From the NCBI RefSeq assembly GCF_009914755.1, contig NC_060925.1: a DNA stretch of 64,000 bases, one strand, 5' to 3'. The notes beneath the pieces are model-generated. The model had not been told where the DNA came from. It saw only the letters and a program-made list of their open reading frames with translations, and made no database searches. This document shows positions 1 through 13,272 of this stretch, piece by piece. Position 1 is the stretch's first letter; every line of letters begins with the position of its first letter. The stretch comes from the human T2T-CHM13v2.0 reference genome, Homo sapiens. Made by a program: the position numbers and the translations under genes.

Positions 1-1839
1 TATGTGAGGGGAGGATGGAGACATAATTGAGAATTCCATGGGAAAAAAAATCCAAACCATTTTATTGAACTGGAAAAATCTCTCCAGTCAAAAGAGCCAA
101 TCCAATACTTGAAGTAAACACCGGCTTTAAAAAACAATGCACTTGAATATATTAGTTTCTGGGCCTCAATATATTATCAAGGAAGAAACAAAGCAAATAC
201 TTAGGGAGTCAATAAAGTCATTAAAGATTCTGATCACTTCTATAAACCCTCAGTGGTTCCCCTCCCCGCAAGCTATCATGATTACTATTCAGACCAATGA
301 ACTGTGTTTCTAACCATTAGAAAATCAGCAGCTTATTGTGGCATACTGTGTGTGGGATTGATTGGGTTACACTACTTTAAATGAATGTGAGATATGAAAT
401 CATTATTTCAATATTGTTTAAAAATTAATTAGAACTTTTCAGAATTGTTTTAGAATGTCAAGGTTTAATTAACTTATTTATTTAACAGACTCATATGTGA
501 CCTTCTTTGCAGAGAGCCTGTGGATTTCTTCAGCATTTAATAGTCTAGTGGCGAGGAGGAGTGGGTTTTTGTTTTTTATTGGAGAGCTGAAATACACTCA
601 TTGTCTTTTTATCACTTTAATAGTTCTTTGTGTTGCAGGTAAAGCATTATTAATTCATGTCCAATGAGAAATATACAAGGTTTTTGACGACATAGCAAAA
701 ACTAAGCAATAAAAACAATCATCCGAGGAGAAGGGGAGGAATAGGTCAGTCCTTTAGATGAAAACAGGTAATTCAAGTAAATGCTCAAAAGTATAATTTG
801 CGTATTTCCTAGTAGTCAGAAAGTAATGTCTCTGTATCAAAGTTCATTCCTTTGCCAAGGGAGGAGAGGAGTATTATTTCACAGTGTCGAATTTTAGTGC
901 ATTCTTCAGTTCATTTTATTCTTGCCTATGTGTAGACAGTCTCCACTTAGAATATGTGAATGTCAAGCCAGTTCATGTCAATAATGAAAATAGGATTCCC
1001 TTGTGACTCCTCCCCCTTCATTTTTGTAGCAATTTGCATTAAATCAAAGTTAAGTTATCTTGTCAACTTTGATCTCTCCTCAATTGCTCTAAATCCTCTA
1101 AGAAATCCATTTCCCAGGCTGCCTGGTGAACCTTCCTAAAATGAATCTTTATTAAACAATACCTTTGCAGCCAAAGGAGTTTCTACACAAATTGAATCGA
1201 AGTATGAATATTCTTCACCAGAAACCAAGCTTCTTTTATCCCACTATGAGGCTGTTTCAACTAGCCCCTGCAAACATTTTCTGCAACTCACACAGGGGGA
1301 AACAGTCATCTTTACATCACAAAGTAAACAAAGGGTCTCTTCTGCAAGACTAGTACATGCTCTAAACACTGTCATATTTTTTATGAATAAAAGCATAATA
1401 GTTTCTTCAGCTCTCAAAAATGTTTAAATATTATGTGTATCATTATACATTCAGAGGCTGACACTGCTATTATTTTACATGATCACCAATTGATGCCAAT
1501 AGGAATCATTTCCAGAGACTGGTTATAATGGTCTACATGGCAAGTAAATTATTGCTTGAGAGACTATTTTTGCTGTGTGACTACACTACTGAAAATTATA
1601 CCCAGCTTCATTTTGTAATATTGTCTTAAATGGCTAGGTGGAGTCTTAGTACTGTAGCTCAAAATACATTTCAAATGATGTTTAGAGATCTCTGTTCACC
1701 TGAAAAAAAAATGCGAGGGTCCATTCCAAAGAAAAATTCTATTATTATGCTGTGTCATAAACAATTATCACAGACAATAACAAGCCACAAAGAAAGCCAC
1801 TTGTTAGTGTGGATTTAAACTGAGAGTTCTGAATATACA

Positions 1840-4030
1840 GCCCCAAATCAACCACACCCTTTTCCCCACCCACCCTAACATCTTCTGGACCAAAGCAAAT
1901 CTCTCTACCTGTGCTTGGAGTTTATCCCTTCCTACCTGTTGGGAACTTGGTTCTATTATTTATTTTTCATTTTTGTAGCCTCAGTCTCTCCCTCTGCACT
2001 GCCTCTTTTTCTTCTGCTATAGTTTTATCTTTCCCACCAAAAATAATGTTTCCTTGACCCTGATTTCTCCTCTATATAACTATCTCATGTCTCCCCCTTC
2101 TCCTCACTTCACAAATGAGAAGCAAATGCTCAATAAATATTTATGGATTAAATGGGTAAAGAGAAATCTATTTCCCTATTGCTTCATCTCACACTTACTC
2201 CTCATTCCACTGCAATAGATAGAAACTACTGAGCCCATTCCTCTACCACAGCTGGTCTCCAGAGGTGGCCAATAACTTTCTCATTAAAAAGTTCCCTGAG
2301 CTCTTTACCCTTCATTCTAGCTGACCTCTACACAGCATTTGATATTGCTAACCAGCCCTCATTAGGAATACTCTCTCTTTCTTGAATTTTCTTATAATAT
2401 CCTAAGTCAATTATATCACCAGTTCTTTGAAAACTCACTGATGGCACATGTTTTTCTAACCCTCTCCTCCTTTTTGCTCTACACTATTCCAATGGGAGAT
2501 CTCACCCACAGACAAAATTTCAACTACCTTCTCTGGCAGCCTCTTCCAAATTTATAATCTTAGTTCTCTTTTTCTTTCTTCATCTCTTAGATCTGTCTTT
2601 CTAAATTCCTTTTGTACCTCTCCTGATAGAAAATCATGTTGGCACCTCAAACTAAACAGATCTGAAACAGAATTCAATCTGCTCTTTCTCTGTATTTGTT
2701 TGTTTTCACACTGCTGATAAAGATGTACCCGAGACTGGGTCATTTATAAACGAAAGAGGTTTAATTGATTCACAGTTCCACATGGCTGAGGAGGCTTCAC
2801 AGTCATGGCAGAAGAGTAAGGGAAGTCTTACATGGCAGCAGGCAAGACAGAATGAGAACCAAGTGAAATGGGAAGCCCCTTATAAAACCATCAGCTCTCA
2901 TGAGACTTATTCACTGCCCCGAGAATAGTATGGGAAAAACCACGCCCATGATTAAATTATCTCCAACTGGGCCCCTCCCGCAACACATGGGAATTATGGG
3001 AGCTACAATTCAAGATGAAATTCGGATGGAGACACAGCCAAACCACATCACCCTCTCATCTCTAAGCCCTCCTTTCCTCTGTGTTCTCACCTTAGCCGAA
3101 TAACAGCACCATCCTCCTGGTTACATAGTTAGAAACTTGAGTGATTTTTAAGGAGGCTCCCATTTCCCTTACCTGCAGCTTCCACTCAGTGTCAACAACT
3201 CTTGATACTTTTTTGAAATGTCTCTTGAGTTTGCCTCATACTTTTCCATTTTCCTTGCTATTGTCCTAGCTTAAATTTTTAGAATTTCTCAATGGGACAA
3301 TTACAGAAGCTATTAACTGATCTCTCTGCCTCCAATCTCATCCGTTCCCAACCCATTTTTTCATATTAATAGACTAAGTTCTCTGAGAGTAGAAATGTCT
3401 TAGTCACCTTCATATTCCTCTGCACAACTGCTCAATACATATTTGTGGAAATGAACTCCCACTGCCAGCAATTATCTTCCTAAAATACAAATCTGTTCCT
3501 ATAAATTCACTGCCTCCAAATCTTCAATGACTCTTGCTGCAGAATAAAGGGAAAACTCCTTCATGTGACACTCAGTCTGCTGTGGCCGGGTCCTAACCTA
3601 CTGTTTTGCCTGATCTCCCTCCCACCTCACGCCTCCCACCTATCTGCCACTCCAGCCACTATTTAGTCTTTCCACTTATTTCTAGAATCCACTCTGTATT
3701 ACTCCATCCATGGTTTGGTGTGCCTGTTTTGCATCCCTGCCTATTGAAATCCTACTCAACTTTTAAGGTCAAACTACAATTTCACCTTCTCCATAAATTT
3801 TTCTCCAAGTCTTCCTGTAAGGAGTAATTGCTTCCCTCTCATGTACCCTGGCACTTTGTACTTCCACATGGCCCACACTGTGCTATGCCCCATATTACAG
3901 TTAGGTATGGATACGTGTTTCCTTAACCAGCCTCACACACACTCTGTAAGGACATCTTAAATCCCCCACTATGCTTAGGCCAGTGCCTCACAATAGAAAG
4001 ATTCAATAAAGGATTACTAAAGTCACTTAA
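1840..4030 (+). mobile_element. L2 LINE relic(s), interrupted by a THE1B LTR
   Basis: Pyrimidine-rich decayed L2-like sequence (e.g. 'gacctctacacagcatttgatattg', 'cacctcaaactaaacagatctgaaacagaattc') and L2 3'-type motifs ('gctcaatacatatttgtggaaatgaa'). Boundaries approximate. Confidence 0.65.
2691..3050 (-). mobile_element. THE1B-like solo LTR (ERVL-MaLR)
   Basis: TG...CA termini ('tgtatttgtttgttttcacactgctgataaaga' ... 'gacacagccaaaccacatca'), 360 bp, THE1 motifs, imperfect 5-bp TSD ttctc/ccctc. Confidence 0.9.
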
Positions 4031-4792
4031 TAACTCTTCTTTCATCTCATTTTACAAGAGCCCAGTTTAGTAATTTTAGTACTTTCCTCTCTGTTACTGC
4101 CATATTTGGTCCAAAATACTTAGATGTATTCTGTTCACCCAGGCTACCTCCATCCCCAAAAGCACTCTTTGTACAAGGTACTAGAGTTTCAGTTAACTGA
4201 AATATATATGTCAATTAACTGAAATACGTTAATACCTATTAACTAAAATCTACATGTAAGATAAATGCTATCTGTGTGGTTTTAACATGGAAATTAAGAA
4301 TCCTGTCAATAAATCTTACGTTTTAAATCATTAATCTTTTACATCAGCATCACTCTTGGCCCTTGGGGGGAAAAAGGAGCCTTCTTTTCTAAGGTTGTTC
4401 ATTCCAGGGATGCTTCCATGATCTCTGATTCCAGATTTTTATACACCAAAAGGATACTCCAAGAGTGACTATTCTCCACACCTCATATAATGACTTCTCT
4501 TCTTCCCACACAACTGTGGAAAGAAAGACTCCACTGTGGAGCTGTGGAGACAAAGACCTACTTCACTCCTCTAGGTCAGGTAAAGCTGGCTCATTCCTAT
4601 AGGAGCAAACTCACACATGATGTCCTTTTATTGGTTTATGAGAACCCAAGACTCAAACTTAAGATTGTAACAACTGAATTCTATACTGCTTACCTCATAA
4701 AAAATAAAAAGATCATCAGCAATGTTATCAGCATTCTTTCAAAGACATCTTTAAAACCCATGTCTTTGTATTTTGCTCTCCACCTTTTGCAC

Positions 4793-4850
4793 CATCACCA
4801 CCACCACACACACATACACACACATATACACACACATACACATGCTCACA
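4793..4850. repeat. (CAC)n/(CA)n imperfect microsatellite
   Basis: Direct reading. Confidence 0.9.
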
Positions 4851-5344
4851 AAACTACTACAACCTGATCTAAAAAACATTTCACCTGTTAACTTCAGGGA
4901 GATTACATTAGAAGTTATAATCGCAAATAAGAGTAGCCATTAAAAATAAATTTAAAAACATAAATGAAGACACACTAGTTTACAAAATTATATTTGTACA
5001 TGGCACTGAGTTTTAACAAATTTGTATTTTATTTCCTGACTATAAAGTATCTACTTATCATGATAAAAGAGTAAATTGGTTTTCAAGATGTAAACATCTT
5101 TATCTTTACCATAAAGAATCATCTAAATTATGTGTGTGTGTAAAACCCTCAGTTTGGTTAGTTCACAGGGAGTAGCAGCTAATGTTCATAATTATCACGA
5201 TGAATTTAAGTAATAGGGTAAATGTGGCTTCCTTCTGTATTATACATTTTTTTAGGTTTCACAACTTCTATACATGTCACAATTATAATACTCTTTTTCT
5301 ATCACTGATTATTTAAAGTTCTATTTCTTTCTAAAGAAACTTTC

Positions 5345-6363
5345 AATTGGTAACACAATAGTAAATATTCATGTATGTAAAAATATCTAAACAGAAAAGG
5401 TACAGTAAAAATACACTATAAAAGATTAAAAATTGTATACCTGTATAGAGCACTTACCATGAATGGAGGGTGCAGGTATGGGAGATGCTTTGGGTGAGTC
5501 AGTGAGTGAGTGCTGAGTAAATGTGAAGGCCTAGGACATTACTGTACACTACTGTAGACTATACAACCACTCAACATTTGGGCTACACAAAATTTATACA
5601 CAAATATTTTTCTTTCTTCAACGATAATTAACCTTAGCTTACTAATTTCTTTAGCTTAGGAACTTTTTTAATATTTTAAATGTTTTGACTATTTTGTAGT
5701 AACATTTAGCTTAAAACAAAAGCACAATATACAGTTATAAAAAAAGTCTGTTTTCTTTTTGTCCTTAGTCTTTAGCTTTCTTCTATTTTTAAATTTTTTA
5801 TTGCTTTTTTAAAACTTTTTAAACTTTTTTGTTAAAAGCTAAGACATAAACACACATATTAGCCTAGGCCAACACGAGGTTAGGATCGTCAGTATCACTG
5901 TCTTGTACCATGGTCTTGACCCACTGGAAGGTCTTCAGGGGCAATAACACACATGGAGCTGTCATCTTCTATGATAACAAGGCCATCTTCTGGAATACCT
6001 CCTAAAGGACCTGCCTGAGGCTGTTTTACAGTTTACTTTTTTAAAAAATAAGTAGAATAAGTACACTCTAAAATAATAATGAAAAGTATAGTATAGGAAA
6101 TATATAAATACATAAATCAGTTACACAGTCATTTATTACCATTATCAAGTATTCTGTACTGTCCATAGTTGTATGTGCTATATTTTTATACAGCTGACAG
6201 GGCAATCGTTTTGTTTACAATAGCATCAACTCAACTACAATATTACAATGGCTATGATATCACTAGGTGATAGGAATTTTTCAGTTCTTTTGTAATATTA
6301 TGGGACTATCACTGTATATGCAGTCTTTCATTAACTGAAATATCATTATGCAGCACATGACTG
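5345..6363 (-). mobile_element. Tigger3b-like (TcMar-Tigger) DNA transposon, one end missing
   Basis: Terminal 'atcattatgcagcacatgactg'+TA at 6363; Tigger3 internal motifs 'gggtgagtcagtgagtgagtg' and 'cacatggagctgtcatcttctatgataacaa'. Confidence 0.85.
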
Positions 6364-7079
6364 TACATGCAGCTCCTCACTTTTCATATAAAGAATGAGC
6401 CAGTGACATCATTTGCCTCTATCCTGACTTAAAGGACTTATAAGACAAACAAAATTTTATCCTGAATTCTGATGTCTGTATTTAGTCTTTAACAGTATTT
6501 ACTGGAAGAACTTGTCTTTGTGGGAATTGTAGAATTTCATGAAGAGTGGCTTCAGTTATTGTTAATGAAATAACAGAGTTGTCCAAGGTGAAGAAGGGCC
6601 TATGGGGCATCACAGCGATGATAAAGCAGGATGGTACAAAAACACCAGAATGATTAGCATCATCTCCAACACTCTCACTGGTATTGATAGGTGGGCAATA
6701 GTTTTGTAAGCTTCTGAAAATTTACCAGAGCCAGCAAGAAAGCAATAATTTTTCTCTGACCCCTTTATTTCTGAGGAGAGATTGTTAAAAGAGCATCAGC
6801 TTCCCTGTTGAAAGACTGAGTTAGCTAAGGGGAGAGATAAATTTTGTGTGAGTATAGTGGGTTTCCAATAATGCACATTTCTTTTGATCTATTGTTAGTA
6901 CTGTATTTGTCCTTTTGGATTCCTGAACTGTGTGATGCAGTGATTTTGAGTAGGATTAGCCCCCAGAGTGAGCCACTGTTAAGAACTACTTAGCCGTCTT
7001 CTTATTCACTCTAATAAAAAAGAAACATCTCAGAAAATCAAGCAATTCAAAGCCCAGCTACTCAACAGGTTATGTGAAA

Positions 7080-7257
7080 GAATGTTAAAGTTTTCATTCA
7101 AGAAATGGGGAGAAATCATGCTAAGATATTAAGAGAAATGAAGGCTAGTCATTGGATTCAGCAATCTGGAAGTTATTGATGACCTTGACAAGTGTAGTTT
7201 TACGACATGAAATCATGGGGAAGAAAGCCTGATTGGAGTGGTTTTCAGACAGAATGA
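7080..7257 (-). mobile_element. L2 relic; resumes at ~12935-13950 after the L1M insertion
   Basis: 'attggattcagcaatctggaagttattgatgaccttgacaag' is typical antisense L2; continuation 'gagttttactgtaaagagaag' at ~12940. Confidence 0.6.
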
Positions 7258-7928
7258 CGGTTTCCAGAAATGGCAAACTAGAGTTTCTGAAAGAGACCCT
7301 TCTGCAATAAACCAAGTATATCATGAATAAAACATTCTGCTTTAAAGAACTGCTGGGTTTGCAGAAACTAAGAACAATATCCAAGCATCTCTATAACCAC
7401 CACCAAAACACAGCACAACATAGAACAAATCCAGGAGCTGAAACCTAAGTAGGGAGCACTGTGCAGTACTAAATGAGAAGAGGAAGTGGGGTATGTGCAA
7501 GGCAAACAATTGCTGACCTCATCACAACTAACTAAGACTAAGCTTTAGGCAGCTGCAAGACAGGGAAGCTGAACCTCAGATTCTCAAATTAGTCCAGATA
7601 CCTCAAAGAGGCTACAATGGTCCAGGTTGATAGGATCCTAGGCTCTGAACAAAAAAGCCTGGGACTCTTTCTGAAGAAAAGCATCCCAATTTAGGCCCAT
7701 AGCACTCTCAATAATTAAGGTATAACAAATATAAACTTTCAATTAAAAAATCACCTAACACACCATAAGCAAAAACAAACCGAAACAAATGATAGATTTA
7801 GATCTCTTCAAAGACTTCAGATATTGAAATTAACAGCAAAAAAATAAAGTCAAAGTCTTTTAGGATAAAGACTATCTATGAAAATACCAAAGAAATAATA
7901 CATGAAAGCACAAAATAAGCAAGCAATA

Positions 7929-8300
7929 TGCTATGGTTTAAATGTTCCCCCAAAGTTCATGTATTGACAACTTGACGATCCCCAGTGCTTCAGCACTGGA
8001 AGGTGGGGCCTAATGGGAGGTGTTTGGATCCTGGAGTCACAGCCTTCATTAATGAATTAATGCCATGATCTTGGGGGCAGATTTGTTATTGTGGGAGTGG
8101 ATTCCATATAAAAGAATGAGTTCAGACCCCTTTACTCTCTCTTGCCCTTTCTTTGCTCATCTGCCATGGGATGACACAGCAAGAAGGCACTTGCCAGATG
8201 CCAGCCCCTCAGTCTTAGGTTTCTCCACCTTTGGAGCCATGAGCCAATAAATTTCTGTTTATATAAGTTGACTAGTCTGTGGTAACATGTGGTAAAAAAA
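7929..8300 (+). mobile_element. MSTC/MSTD-like solo LTR (MaLR)
   Basis: 'tgctatggtttaaatgttccccc' start; 'ccatgggatgacacagcaagaaggc'; polyA signal 'aataaatttctgttt'. Confidence 0.85.
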
Positions 8301-8380
8301 ATGACCAAGGAGATTTGAAAAGTAACTAACAAAACTTTTATAAATTAAAAACATTATTGTTGATATTAAAAACTCAATGG

Positions 8381-8510
8381 ATCTAGGCAAAATGGTGCAT
8401 GCCTGTAATCCAAGCTACTCAGGAGGCTGAGGCAGGAGGATCACTTGAGCCCAGGAGTTTAAGATCAACTGGGGCAACATAGTGAGACCCTGTCTCTAAG
8501 GGGAAAAAAA
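8381..8510 (+). mobile_element. FLAM (free left Alu monomer)
   Basis: Single monomer ending in an A tail, flanked by TSD-like 'ctcaatgg' repeats. Confidence 0.85.
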
Positions 8511-9009
8511 TCTCAATGGTTGAAATAACAACATTTTAGCAAAGCTGAAGATAGAATCAGTGACTAGAAGACAGAAATAAATAGATAATCCACAATGCAG
8601 CTCAGAAAAACACAATATGTAATATTAAAGTGATATAAAAGAAACAAAGAGTAGATTTAAAAGATCTAACAATCCTCTATGCAAAGTCCAGAAAGAGAAA
8701 ATGGAGAAAAGGCAATACTGGAAAAGGTAATGGCAGAGAATCTCAAATTGATAAAAGACATGAATCCAAAGACACAAGAGACACAATATCTACAAACAGG
8801 ACAAAGAAAAAATATCCATTCTAAGACACACTATAATAAAAACTGAAGAAGTATACATAATGAGAAAATCTTAAGCCAGTCAGAAAGCAAGCTAATATTA
8901 TCTAAAGATTGACAGCACACTTTTGAACAGAAAAAAATGGAAGCCAAGAAGACAGGGGGAAAATAACATTAAGAAGTACTGAAAAAAAGTGACATAAAAT
9001 TGTACATGT

Positions 9010-9680
9010 CTTTATTCATTCACATTTATTTAGATGCCACTATGTGTCAGAAACAGAAAAAAATTGCCTTCATGTAACTTACATTGTAGTGGTGGGAACA
9101 GATAATGAAAATGTAATTAAATATGTCAGATACAATGGTGCAAATAGAATAGAAAAGGGAATAGTAGTACCAAGAAAAAGGAGAATTTGCAATTTTTAAA
9201 ATCATTGTGGTTTGAGAAGTTCTCACTGATCAAGTGACATTTGGACAAAGACCTGAGGGAAGTTGGAAAGAAAGTTAAAAAGATAGTTATGAAGAAGGCA
9301 TTAAGGAAAAGATGGCAAATTCAAAGGCCATGTGGTAGCTCCAGGACATGGCTGAGGAAAAGCAAGAATGCCAGTGTGGCCATAGCAGTGGGAGTGACAG
9401 TGAGAGCAGCAGGAAACAAGGTTGGAGAGATAACAAAGCTAGGGTAAAGGATACCACTGAGACCTTCCAGGTGACTACGAAGATTTTTCCATTTTACTCT
9501 GAGTGAAATGAAAAGCTATTAGAGGGTTTTGATCAGAGCCATCTCGTGATCTCTTTTACATTTGTAAAGAATGACTTGAATGAGATTATAAGATGGAAAG
9601 AGAAGCAAGGAAACCAGCTGGGAAACTATTGCAATAATCTAGATTATGGTAAACACGGTGCCATGTACAAGGGTGGTAGT
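9010..9680 (-). mobile_element. L2a-like 3' fragment
   Basis: Antisense L2 3' end 'tttattcattcacatttatttagatgccactatgtgtcag' and 'tttactctgagtgaaatgaaaagctattagagggttttga'. Confidence 0.7.
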
Positions 9681-10144
9681 GTGCTTTAAGGAAAACTCTT
9701 TCAAGAATGAGGGCAAGAAAAAAACATTTTCACATAAGTGATAACTCAATTTACCAGCAATAGTACTTCACTGAAGGAATTTCAGAAAGCAAAGAAATCA
9801 TCTCTGAAGAAAACTCGAAATTTAAGAAAGTATGGCAGGCAATGATATTGGGAGGTTATAATACAAATATTAATATTAAATAATATATTACTAATATAAT
9901 TAAATAATGATAATGACAATAATGCATAATTTCTTGGGTTCCAAATAAAAAATGATAGAATTAAAATTCTGCAAAATAGCATACATAACACAAGAAGGTT
10001 AATTACAGCACAAATGTTCTGGAATCCTTGAATTGTTAAAGAGGAGGAATAAGATTTTAAATTATTTTAAATTAAGCATCTGTGGTAAGCTTACAAGGAT
10101 AACTGGAACAATAGAAATAGTGCATGACTTTCAAACCAGTAGAG

Positions 10145-10362
10145 CAATGTTTCTCAAGGGAAGTGTAAATGACAATTTGTGCAGGACAATTATTCATTAG
10201 ACAAAACTATTCTGCCATTTATGCAACATATTCAGCATTCCTGAACTCTGCTCTCCAAATGCAAGTAGCACCCACTTCAGTCATTGTGATAATCTAAAAA
10301 CACCACAGATTTCCAAATGTTTGCAGGGAGAGTACTGTATCACCTTTACATGAGAACCACTG
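10145..10362 (+). mobile_element. hAT-Charlie MITE (MER20/Charlie4z-like)
   Basis: TIRs 'caatgtttctcaa' and 'tgagaaccactg', ~220 bp, internal 'aaatgcaagtagcaccc...gtcattgtgataa'. Confidence 0.75.
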
Positions 10363-11201
10363 AAGTTCATGGAGAAAACAAATTAATATAAAAGTTTAGC
10401 CACACTCAAAATAAAAAGCAAGATTTAAAAAAAGTCAAGGAAAAAAAAAACAAATAGAGAGGCCAAAGGTGAAAAAACAGTATATAACTAATTATAATAA
10501 TAAACATAATTGAATTAAATTTGCTGGAGTATTGGTTGAATTAAAAAAATATATTACCCAATTACATAATTACATTGTGTACAAGTAACACTTCTAAAAC
10601 TTAAGAACACAGAAAGATTTTTTTAAGCATTAGAATACAGCATGGTCTTCTCTGCTGCTGGATTTTAACATTTTTTAAATGTTAAAAAATTCAAGTGTTT
10701 TTAAATATTAGCCAGAAGAAAGTTAGATTATATTATTAGATATATTACAAGATGTATATACTATTAGATAGTGTATATTAGGAGATTTTGACATGCTTTA
10801 ATTATTGCCAGGTCAAGGACACAAAACCACAAGTAATGTATAAGTGATTTGAACAACTCAATTAGCAAGTTTGAAGATGTGTGTCCATATATTCCTACAT
10901 ATATTTCTATACCTAAAATGGGTGAACACATATTCTTCTTTTATAAGAATGATCATTTAACTAATTTCTTGGTTGAGTGATAATGTGCCAAAGAATATTA
11001 CAGACACTTGACAGGCATTAACTAATTCAGTTAATTCTCATAAAACTGCCAAGAGATAGCTTTGTAAGGACAAAGTTTAAATCTGACCCTTTGTAATTCG
11101 GCTCTAGTGCCCATGTGTTTAACCCATATAAAACATTTTCTGAAGGAATATTTTCACAACATAATACTTAGAAATTTTCACAAATTTAACAAATTTATAG
11201 C

Positions 11202-11312
11202 TGCTAAAGGAAAAAAAATAATGAACCTTGTTAAAGATGGTAAAGGAAGACTATTCAGGAGACTACTGCAATCGGGCTTTGCGGTAGGGAAAAGAGATTG
11301 AACTCAACTCCC
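11202..11312 (-). mobile_element. Inverted 3'-end fragment of a MER31-like LTR
   Basis: Its reverse complement aligns by eye to 11640-11779 (shared 'accatctttaacaag', 'ccctac.gcaaa.ccc.attgca.ta'). Confidence 0.75.
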
Positions 11313-11779
11313 TGACAAAAAGTGTCTTCTTAACCTTGAGTCAGGTTCCTCTGAGACCTCTTCTTGACTAGGCCCTGATCTTAGGTTCTGCCCTTTGTCT
11401 GCTTATTCCAATTTTAGCAACCATCCTGTTGTGTTACTTTAGTAAGAATTCCCCTCCCTCAATATCTAATCAGATGCCTCATTCTCCACCCTTGATATCT
11501 TCTTCAGGAAGAATACTTTCAAGTCAGCCATTACAAAATCTCCCTTGCCCTGATGTTTTCCTCTTAGTAATTTTCTTTCCACTGACTCCCACCATGATCC
11601 TTGGCTATCAAATCCCATTTGTCCTTCTTGTATTCAGAGTTCAGCGAAGACTCTTTCACTTACTGCAAGACCCCTCTGCAGCCATCGCTTCCCCCTACTG
11701 CAAAACCCTATTGCAATAATCCCCTTCTTGAATAAAGTTTCTTGACCATCTTTAACAAGTGCCTAAATAATTTTCAACA
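11313..11779 (+). mobile_element. MER31-like ERV1 solo LTR
   Basis: 'tgacaaaa...gtcaggttcctctgagacctcttcttgactaggcc' start; 'ccctattgcaataa...aataaagtttcttgaccatctttaacaagtg...aaca' end. Confidence 0.8.
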
Positions 11780-12028
11780 CAGTCCACATGCTCTTGATGC
11801 AATACTGTTCATTTAGAAGTCAATAACAAGAATAACAGAAAAGGATAATTTTAAACTCCATAAGTTGGATATTTAAAGCAAACATGCATACTTCCACATA
11901 CTTCTAAATAACTCATGGGCCAAAGAAGAAATCATAACAAAACCTTTTCAAAAATCTTGGAATTGATTAATAAACTATTGCATACTGAAACTTGTGGGAA
12001 GCTGTGAAAGCAATACTTTGAGGGGAAC

Positions 12029-12109
12029 ATTAAGTTAATCATAAAAAATTACCATTTTTGGTAATTCAATAGCAGCCAAATATCAGCAATTTCCTATGGT
12101 TTAAGCTAA
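12029..12109. mobile_element. MADE2 mariner MITE (~80 bp, palindromic)
   Basis: 'ttaagttaatcataaaaaattaccattttt...aaatatcagcaatttcctatggtttaagctaa' matches the recalled MADE2 layout of long inverted arms. Confidence 0.7.
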
Positions 12110-12948
12110 ACCTGTAGCCTTACATGCTTATATTAGAAAATAAGAAATGCTGAAAATTAATGAGTACAGCTTTGAACTTAAGAAGTCAGAAAACAATAGA
12201 ATAAACTCAAAGAAAATAGAAAAAAGTAAATAAATTTAAAATTAAAAATAAGCAAAGCAGAAAAAATCCTGCCTCAGAAAGACTAAAAGCTTTGAGAAAA
12301 CTCATTGATTGATACATAAAAAAAGAAAACACAAATAAATGGATATTGAATATGAAAGGGGTGTATAACTACAAACATAGGAATGTTTAAAGATAAAAAC
12401 ATGAACAACTTTATGCCAATATTTATAAACTTATAAAAATGTATAAATTCATAGAAAAATATAACTGACCAAAACTTACTCAATAGGAAGCCTGAATTAT
12501 AACTATTGAAGCATTTAAATGACAATGCAAAATCCATATTTTTTTAAAGACCTATATTATTTTATAGGCAAGGTCTACCAAAGTTGTGAGGAACATATCT
12601 CAATATTCAAAATGTTCCAAAGAACAAAATAAAAAGAAAATATTCCCAAACTCCCATTTTATTATCTAGTATAATCTTAATCCCAAAAGCAAACAAAATT
12701 ACTGTTTATTAAAGGAAAACTTCAGCCTTTCCCAATCATAAACATAGATACAAAAATTCCAAATTAATTTTTTAAGAAAATCTAACAATATAAGAAAAAC
12801 GTGGTAAGAAATGAAAAGACCATTTAAAAATAGAAAAATTTATAAATGTTATTTTCACAGTAAATGATTTTTAAAAACCATATGATCATCTGAATGGATA
12901 TTGTCAAAGAACAATTATACATATGGCATCATTTTACCCAGAGTTTTA

Positions 12949-13259
<311 letters not shown>

Positions 13260-13272
<13 letters not shown>

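Larger units (their letters stand above)
7258..12930 (+). mobile_element. Ancient L1M (L1MC/ME-type) relic with decayed 5'UTR, ORF1 and 5' ORF2; hosts several nested insertions
   Basis: A-rich sense strand with degraded ORF1/ORF2 motifs, e.g. 'ctaaataactcatgggccaaagaagaaatcata', 'aacttgtgggaagctgtgaaagcaatact', 'aacaactttatgccaata'. Confidence 0.7.

Noticed and set aside
1140-1428. ~95-codon stop-free + strand frame overlapping the listed 62-aa ORF
   Set aside because: Starts directly after a stop, has no early ATG or good splice sites, and resembles no protein I recognise.
4490-4867. 125-aa ORF with a His/Thr-rich tail
   Set aside because: The tail is the (CA)n repeat; no recognisable domain.
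6484-6720. ~80-codon open frame on the minus strand
   Set aside because: Weak acceptor, no recognisable homology, length compatible with chance.
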